From an uncultured Chlamydiae bacterium (GTDB lineage: Bacteria; Chlamydiota; Chlamydiia; Chlamydiales; JAJFMA01), in the NCBI GenBank assembly GCA_963713615.1, contig CAVQMM010000001.1, positions 2,720,001-2,784,000 on the forward strand: 64,000 bases of DNA, read 5' to 3'. Positions 58,176-64,000 of the stretch are shown here, in pieces. Position 1 is the stretch's first letter. Each line of letters opens with the position of its first letter. The position numbers and the translations under genes are program-made. The notes beneath the pieces are model-generated. The model had not been told where the DNA came from. It did not search any database and saw only the letters and a program-made list of their open reading frames with translations.

Positions 58176-59807
58176 ATGTCCAGATTAACGTTATTGTTCG
58201 CTTTCATGTTTACCGCGATGGCGAATGTTGCATTTGGGTTTATGGGTTATGTATCGAATATCAATGATGTAACAGTTAGCGTTATTGATTCAACCAACGA
58301 AACAGTTGTTTCAACAATAACAGTGGGTGGAGCTGGAGGCGCTTATGGAGGCCCAGGAATCGTAGCAATCACTCCAGATGGAACGACCGCTTATGTTCCG
58401 ACCAGTACAAATTTAGTTGTAGTTGTCGATACATTTACCAATAGTGTCACCACAACATTAACAGTTGACAGCACTCCCACCCAAGTCGCAGTAACACCCG
58501 ATGGGACAAAAGTCTACACCTGTAACTTCAGCACTAATGATGTCAGTGTCATAGACACTGCATCTAACTCCGTCATTGCAACAATTCCAGTAGACGCAAG
58601 CCCGAATCTTCTTGCTATTACTCCAGATAGTACGCAAGTCTATATCGCAAACTTCGGCAGCGGGACTGTAAGTGCCATTGATACAGCAACAGATACAGTC
58701 ATTGCGACCATTACTGTTTTCGTTGGGAATTCTGGACCTAATTTTATCGTAATTACCCCTGATGGTTCAAAGGCTTATGTCACAGATTTTGCTGTTCCCC
58801 AAGTGAGTGTTATTGATACAGCGTCTAATACAATCATTTCTACAGTCTCAACAGGGTCGACTCCAGCTTGGGCCGCGGTCACCCCGGACGGTACAACAGT
58901 TTATGTTGTCAATCAAGGGGATAACACTGTCAGTGTGATTGATACGTCATCTAACACTGTTATCGCAACCATTCCTGTCGGGGCTTCTCCAAACTTTGTT
59001 GAAGTAACTCCAGATGGTACAAAAGCCTATGTGGCAAACAATGGAGAAACAAGTGTCAGCGTCATTGATACAGCAAGCAATACGGTGATTGCGACGGTCC
59101 CTGTAGGGAGCCAACCTTCCTGGATTGAGATCACTCCTGATAGCGCACAAGCTTTTGTAGCAAACTATGGCACCAATAATGTGACAGTCATTGATATTGC
59201 TTCAAATACTGTCATCACAACAATTCCTGTTGGTGCTGGGCCTTTTTCTATAGTTTTTGATTCCATACCTCAAGTAACAAATGCGAACCCAACTTCCGGC
59301 TCAGTAACAGGAGGAAATTCGGTCGCGATCACTGGTATTAATTTTACTGGGACCACATCTGTGTTATTCGGCTCTACACCTGCAACAAGTTTTGTTATTA
59401 ACTCAGACAGTTCTATTACAGCTATTGCTCCACCTGGGACCGGAACAGTCGATATCACAATAATAACAACCTATGGAACATCGACTATAACAGTTGCAGA
59501 CAGTTATACTTATACTACACCAGCAGATCCACTTCCGCCTTCAAATTTTATAGGAGTTCTAAAAAAGAACATCTATTTAAATGTGACCGAGTGTTTGCTT
59601 GGGGCAAAATGGGATGCGAGTCTTTCAGCCAATGTAGTCCTGTATCGAATTTATAAAAACGGAGTAGTGGTTGAGGAAATTTCAGCAACATCCCCATTGG
59701 TTTTTGTCACATGTCTTTGGCATTGCTCAGCTACAGGATACGAAATTACCGCTGTCAATTCAAATAACTTTGAGAGTAACCCGGTCGACCTAAGAATAGT
59801 GCATTAA
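58176..59807 (+). CDS. Secreted YVTN/YncE beta-propeller protein with an IPT/TIG domain and an FN3-like tail
   Basis: Signal peptide; about 7 ~42-aa repeats (ITPDG.KAYV.N....VSVIDT.SNTVIATIPVG); PTSGSVTGGNSVAITG...VLFG (IPT). Confidence 0.88.
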   Translation: MSRLTLLFAFMFTAMANVAFGFMGYVSNINDVTVSVIDSTNETVVSTITVGGAGGAYGGPGIVAITPDGTTAYVPTSTNLVVVVDTFTNSVTTTLTVDSTPTQVAVTPDGTKVYTCNFSTNDVSVIDTASNSVIATIPVDASPNLLAITPDSTQVYIANFGSGTVSAIDTATDTVIATITVFVGNSGPNFIVITPDGSKAYVTDFAVPQVSVIDTASNTIISTVSTGSTPAWAAVTPDGTTVYVVNQGDNTVSVIDTSSNTVIATIPVGASPNFVEVTPDGTKAYVANNGETSVSVIDTASNTVIATVPVGSQPSWIEITPDSAQAFVANYGTNNVTVIDIASNTVITTIPVGAGPFSIVFDSIPQVTNANPTSGSVTGGNSVAITGINFTGTTSVLFGSTPATSFVINSDSSITAIAPPGTGTVDITIITTYGTSTITVADSYTYTTPADPLPPSNFIGVLKKNIYLNVTECLLGAKWDASLSANVVLYRIYKNGVVVEEISATSPLVFVTCLWHCSATGYEITAVNSNNFESNPVDLRIVH

Positions 59808-59830
59808 TAAAGCTCTATTTAGGATATGTC

Positions 59831-59873
59831 GTAACCGTTTACGGGGTAGGAATCCGAGCCCGTGAACGGTTAC
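59831..59873. repeat. 43-bp palindromic mini-element between convergent genes (possible bidirectional terminator)
   Basis: GTAACCGTTTACGGG / CCCGTGAACGGTTAC (14/15); related sequence flanks the 15576 element. Confidence 0.6.
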
Positions 59874-59902
59874 AAAATAGAAGGTTTAAAGTCGTTTTTG
59901 AG

Positions 59903-60871
59903 TTAAAGAAGGATTTTGTTGGCTTCACCGGCGACTTCACGCACATACTTGGGAACAGCAAAACCAGGCAAACGAGCTGCTAGAGCCTTGATGAGCTGCT
60001 TACCCTTCTCCTCACTCACCTTAAAGTGGGTGGTCCCTCGAGCTTGATCCAACTGATGCAAGTAATAGGGAACTACACCATTGTTCACCAAGCGTTCACA
60101 AAGAGCCGCAAGGACTTCCACATCATCGTTTACGCCGCGCAACAAAACCGATTGATTGAGCAGTCCAATACCTTGTTTATGCAAACGTCTTAGCGCTTCG
60201 ACAACATCATCGTCCAGTTCGGCAGGGTGGTTCGCGTGGATGACAATCCAGATCATCAGCCGGGAGTGGTCAAACACCTTCAAAAAATGATCGTCGATGC
60301 GCTCTGGAATGCCAATCGGAAAACGCGTATGAAAGCGCACGCGTTGAACATGCGGAATGGCGGCAATCTCACGCATCAAAGAGGTGAGATGTGTATCTGA
60401 CAGTGACAGAGGGTCACCCCCACTCAAAATGACCTCATGAATGGTCGGATCGGATTGAATAACCTCCAGTTCTTCATGAAAGAGCTTATCCTTTACCGCA
60501 TAATCGAAGTGTTGCCTAAAGCAATAGCGGCAATGCATCGCACAGGCGCTCGTGCATAGCAGTAAGGCTCGACCTCGATACTTATGTAGTAGCTTGGGAG
60601 CTTTGCGGCTGGCTACATCTCCAACTGGATCACAGCCAAAGCCCGGCTGCGTGACCGCTTCAGCGGCCGTGGGAACAAATTGGAGCAGGATCGGATCGTC
60701 GAGAGTTCCCTTAGCGATCTTTTCCGCCAACCGACGTGGCAGGTTTAGCGGAAAATGCTTCGAGGGAATAATCTCAAGCCGTTGCTTTGAGTCGAGTTCC
60801 AAAAAATCGGCAAGCTTAATCCAATCGGTAAAATTGAGGCGGAGGATATCCCTCCATGGAGCACGGTACAT
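59903..60871 (-). CDS. KamA/EpmB-family radical SAM lysine 2,3-aminomutase
   Basis: LLHKYRGR, CAMHCRYCFR, ILSGGDPL, HANHP, PYYLHQLD; start at MYRAPW. Confidence 0.9.
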   Translation of the reverse strand: MYRAPWRDILRLNFTDWIKLADFLELDSKQRLEIIPSKHFPLNLPRRLAEKIAKGTLDDPILLQFVPTAAEAVTQPGFGCDPVGDVASRKAPKLLHKYRGRALLLCTSACAMHCRYCFRQHFDYAVKDKLFHEELEVIQSDPTIHEVILSGGDPLSLSDTHLTSLMREIAAIPHVQRVRFHTRFPIGIPERIDDHFLKVFDHSRLMIWIVIHANHPAELDDDVVEALRRLHKQGIGLLNQSVLLRGVNDDVEVLAALCERLVNNGVVPYYLHQLDQARGTTHFKVSEEKGKQLIKALAARLPGFAVPKYVREVAGEANKILL

Positions 60872-60875
60872 GTGT

Positions 60876-62342
60876 CTAGCCGTTATTCCCACGAGAGGAA
60901 TTGCAGAAACCAGATAGACCAAAAGGCCCTTCCGATTCTTCTTCGCCTAGACCCAAAGGGGCTTGAACCCGCTCAATATCAGCGCCGAGAGCCTGCAGTT
61001 TAGGAACCAGCTTTTCGTAACCACGATCGAGGTATTGAACCCCAGAGATCATGCTCTCACCAGTCGCTAGCATGGCAGCCATCACATAGGCAAAGCCTGC
61101 GCGCAAGTCTGGTATCGTAATATTGCGGCTGGCCAGGGGCGTAGGACCCTTGACGACGATGCTATGTAAGTGCCCTTGCGACGCAAAACGACAGGCTTTA
61201 CCGCCCAGGCACTGCCGAAACAGCGAAATATCTGCCCCCATCTCCACCAATGTCTGGCAATAACCAAAACGATTTTCGTACACTGTCTCATGAACGACAG
61301 AGGCTCCAGAAGCTTGAGTCAATAAGACAACAAAGGGTTGCTGCCAATCGGTCATAAACCCTGGATGCACGTCTGTCTCTATGTGCGATCCACCCTGCGT
61401 AGGACCATCGTAGAAAAATTCGATGCCATTGCCCTTTACATTGTAGCCACCGCCAACTTCTCTGACCCTATTCAAAAAGGTGATCATGTTGGGATGCTGA
61501 GCACCTTCGACAAAAACGCGTCCTTTAGAAGCTATAGCCGCCATACCGAAAGAAGCTGCAACTAGCCTGTCAGGGACTACAGTATGCTCGACCTCATAAA
61601 AACGCCTTGTGCCCTGAATGTGGATGGTCCGATCAACATCCAAAGTAATGACAGCACCTAGCTTTTGTAGGAAGAGGATCAAATCCACAATCTCAGGCTC
61701 GATAGCAGCATTCTTGATGACCGTTGTTCCACGCGCTGTGATGCTGGCTAAGATCGTGTTTTCAGTAGCGCCTACAGAAGGATACGGCAGTTCAATGACA
61801 GCGCCTCTCAGACCATGGTGCGCGCTAGCAAAATAGGCACCTTCCCGACGCATATCGCGATATTCTATCTTGGCCCCTAATAGCTCCAATGCATGAATAT
61901 GGAAATCTACAGCACGCCGCCCGATGCGGCATCCTCCGACGGTGGGAACGATAATATCGTCTCCAGTGCGTCCTAAGAGAGCTCCGATCATTAGGATCGG
62001 GATGCGATTAGAACCTGAAAAGCTCTGTGGGATATAGGAGGTCTTGATTTCGCGAGTAATGATCTCTATGACACCAGCTTCACGGTCCCACTGCACTTCT
62101 GCGCCGATCTCTTTGCAAAGCGCGACAGTGATCTCTACATCACGAATATCAGGAACGTTATCGAACACACAACGCTTGTCAGATAGCAAGGATGCTACGA
62201 GGAGTTTGGTGACCGCGTTCTTGGCACCTGGCGTGCAGACAGACCCCTTCAGCTGTGCCCCACCGCATACTTTAAGAACCTCACGAGTCGTCTTGCGTGG
62301 TGTAGATAGATTGTCGATACGATTTTTGTCTTGTGTGAGCAC
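60876..62342 (-). CDS. murA: UDP-N-acetylglucosamine 1-carboxyvinyltransferase
   Basis: GAKNA, GGCRIGRR, PSVGATEN, HPGFMTDWQQP, PDLRAG, LDRGY; GGAGG RBS. Confidence 0.95.
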   Translation of the reverse strand: MLTQDKNRIDNLSTPRKTTREVLKVCGGAQLKGSVCTPGAKNAVTKLLVASLLSDKRCVFDNVPDIRDVEITVALCKEIGAEVQWDREAGVIEIITREIKTSYIPQSFSGSNRIPILMIGALLGRTGDDIIVPTVGGCRIGRRAVDFHIHALELLGAKIEYRDMRREGAYFASAHHGLRGAVIELPYPSVGATENTILASITARGTTVIKNAAIEPEIVDLILFLQKLGAVITLDVDRTIHIQGTRRFYEVEHTVVPDRLVAASFGMAAIASKGRVFVEGAQHPNMITFLNRVREVGGGYNVKGNGIEFFYDGPTQGGSHIETDVHPGFMTDWQQPFVVLLTQASGASVVHETVYENRFGYCQTLVEMGADISLFRQCLGGKACRFASQGHLHSIVVKGPTPLASRNITIPDLRAGFAYVMAAMLATGESMISGVQYLDRGYEKLVPKLQALGADIERVQAPLGLGEEESEGPFGLSGFCNSSRGNNG

Positions 62343-62720
62343 TTAATTTCCTCCACTCGGCTAAGCACGCATACTAGCATAGGGTCTGTGAAAAAAACAG
62401 AAAAATTCTAAGGAAGAGCGAGCTGAGAAAGAAGAGAAGGAGCTGGAGGGGAAAGGAGAGGAGAGGACTAAGAATTTTACCAACGAGATCCCGAGACACA
62501 GAGGTAGGAAAGAGAAAGCAACGTTTGGCTTTTATCTCACATGTACAACCTGCGAAGTCGGGCAATCGTCGTTCCTAGACCGTGACACTCCCTGAACTAT
62601 TCAGTAGGTTGAAATAATTGTACCCGTAGGGATAACGATAATATTTTATGACCTCATTTATATTGTTATAATTTAAACTAATATTTATACTTAAAATATA
62701 TAACAAACGGAGTCACTATT

Positions 62721-64000
62721 TTGAGTAAAATAATAAGTTTTATAGCTCTATCGCTTCTCCTCGTTTTTAGCAATAATCTCTGTGCATTTTCCTTCCCTTC
62801 ATTTATCCCTCATGAATGGAGACATCAGGAAAGAATGAAAAAAATTGACCAGTGCAACGGATCTCATCAATGTCTCGTCGACATGTATAAGGTTGTTGCT
62901 CTAAGCGGAGATGTCGTAGCCTTGCGTGAATTAGTCGCTAAGGGTTTGGATCTCAACCAACGTTTTTTTGCAGGCTACAGTGAATGGAGCGAGACCCCAA
63001 GCGTAGCATATCCGCCTCTTTATTACTATCTCGATGGATATGGGTACTTTGGTAAAGATCACGCTCAAGAAGCAGCTAAGGCATTTTCTCCAAAGTTTCT
63101 TGAAGAGCTAATTATTCTTGGAGCTGATGTTCAGGAACGTCCGACATTGTCTCATATATCTTATATGACCAAGGACATTCCAAATGATTCGCCTCTTATG
63201 ATAGCAATTAAATCTGGCAATATTGAGGCAATTAATATACTTCTCGCGCATGGTGGTCTTTTTGAAAAAAACGGTTCTGAAGCAGATAATGACGGTCGTA
63301 CTGCCCTTATGAAGACTCTTGAGGATTTACGCATCAACGAAAACAAATTCTGGAATAAAGGCAAATTTAATGAAAAACTTGTTGAACAAATAGTTGAACT
63401 TCTTGTTAATGCAGGGGCCAATGTGAATCATGTGAGTATATCTGGAGAGACTCCCCTGATGATGGCAGCAAGACAGCACTTAATTGGGGTGATAAACTTC
63501 TTATTTGAAAATGGTGCCATACAAAGCATCAACCAAAACTCCTTGCAGGGAACAGCTCTTATTCAGGCAATTCAAACCGTGAACCGACCGATCAGCGCTA
63601 TTAGAACTTTACCTGTAGTCCAATTGTTAATTGAGAAAGGAGCTGATATTAATATTCCCAATCCATATTCAAATCAAACACCCCTAGATTATGCGAGGCA
63701 TTTCCATGATTACCCAGAGGATCAGCGCTTGATCAACTTTTTAACGGAACTTGGAGCAAAGAGTTCAAAAGACAAAGACTTTCACTACGAACACGAAAAA
63801 GGTTACTGGGAATATTTCAAAGACGACAACAAAGACAATTATTCTGACGACAACAGCTATTCTGACAATAATAGACAGTCAAGCAACAATAACCCATCAA
63901 ACAATGAAAAACCAGACATGACACAGTGTCCAGTTTTCGAAACGGCAGGATTGACTTCGGCACAAAAACTGTGGTTTATTGACTGCATCATAAATCACAA
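62721..64000 (+). CDS. Ankyrin-repeat protein with a signal peptide (partial, runs off the window; absent from the ORF track)
   Basis: TTG start after GGAG; hydrophobic N-terminus; SPLMIAIKSGNIEAINILL, GRTALM, LLVNAGANVN..GETPLMMAA, LLIEKGADIN..QTPLDYA. Confidence 0.85.
   Translation, partial: MSKIISFIALSLLLVFSNNLCAFSFPSFIPHEWRHQERMKKIDQCNGSHQCLVDMYKVVALSGDVVALRELVAKGLDLNQRFFAGYSEWSETPSVAYPPLYYYLDGYGYFGKDHAQEAAKAFSPKFLEELIILGADVQERPTLSHISYMTKDIPNDSPLMIAIKSGNIEAINILLAHGGLFEKNGSEADNDGRTALMKTLEDLRINENKFWNKGKFNEKLVEQIVELLVNAGANVNHVSISGETPLMMAARQHLIGVINFLFENGAIQSINQNSLQGTALIQAIQTVNRPISAIRTLPVVQLLIEKGADINIPNPYSNQTPLDYARHFHDYPEDQRLINFLTELGAKSSKDKDFHYEHEKGYWEYFKDDNKDNYSDDNSYSDNNRQSSNNNPSNNEKPDMTQCPVFETAGLTSAQKLWFIDCIINH

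Noticed and set aside
58260..59250. ~126-nt periodic repeats
   Set aside because: Explained by the coding YVTN beta-propeller repeats

Overview
The window looks like the chromosome of an environmental chlamydia (Parachlamydiales-like). This is an inference from the DUF2709-tsaE-engB-dnaQ cluster, a stand-alone nqrA, tandem Npt/TLC nucleotide transporters next to pgk, murA next to a KamA/EpmB gene, and BTB, ankyrin and LRR proteins. It contains housekeeping genes (nqrA, pcrA/uvrD, putA, pgk, pdxH, ilvE, argS, murA, a DEAD-box helicase), a ~15 kb Wzx/Wzy-type surface-polysaccharide region, and five tandem nucleotide-transporter paralogues, three of which have lost conserved transport residues. 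Intergenic spaces hold several families of non-autonomous palindromic repeats/MITEs, some nested several layers deep. The most notable signal is an IS110 element (48637-50566) inserted at a duplicated CTC inside one of these repeats. Its 3' non-coding end has two similar motifs 60 nt apart: one matches the target flank and one matches the element end, as expected of a bridge RNA. Its recombinase is complete only after a -1 shift at an A-AAA-AAG site. I saw no rRNA, tRNA or CRISPR array. All calls come from reading motifs by eye; no searches were run.
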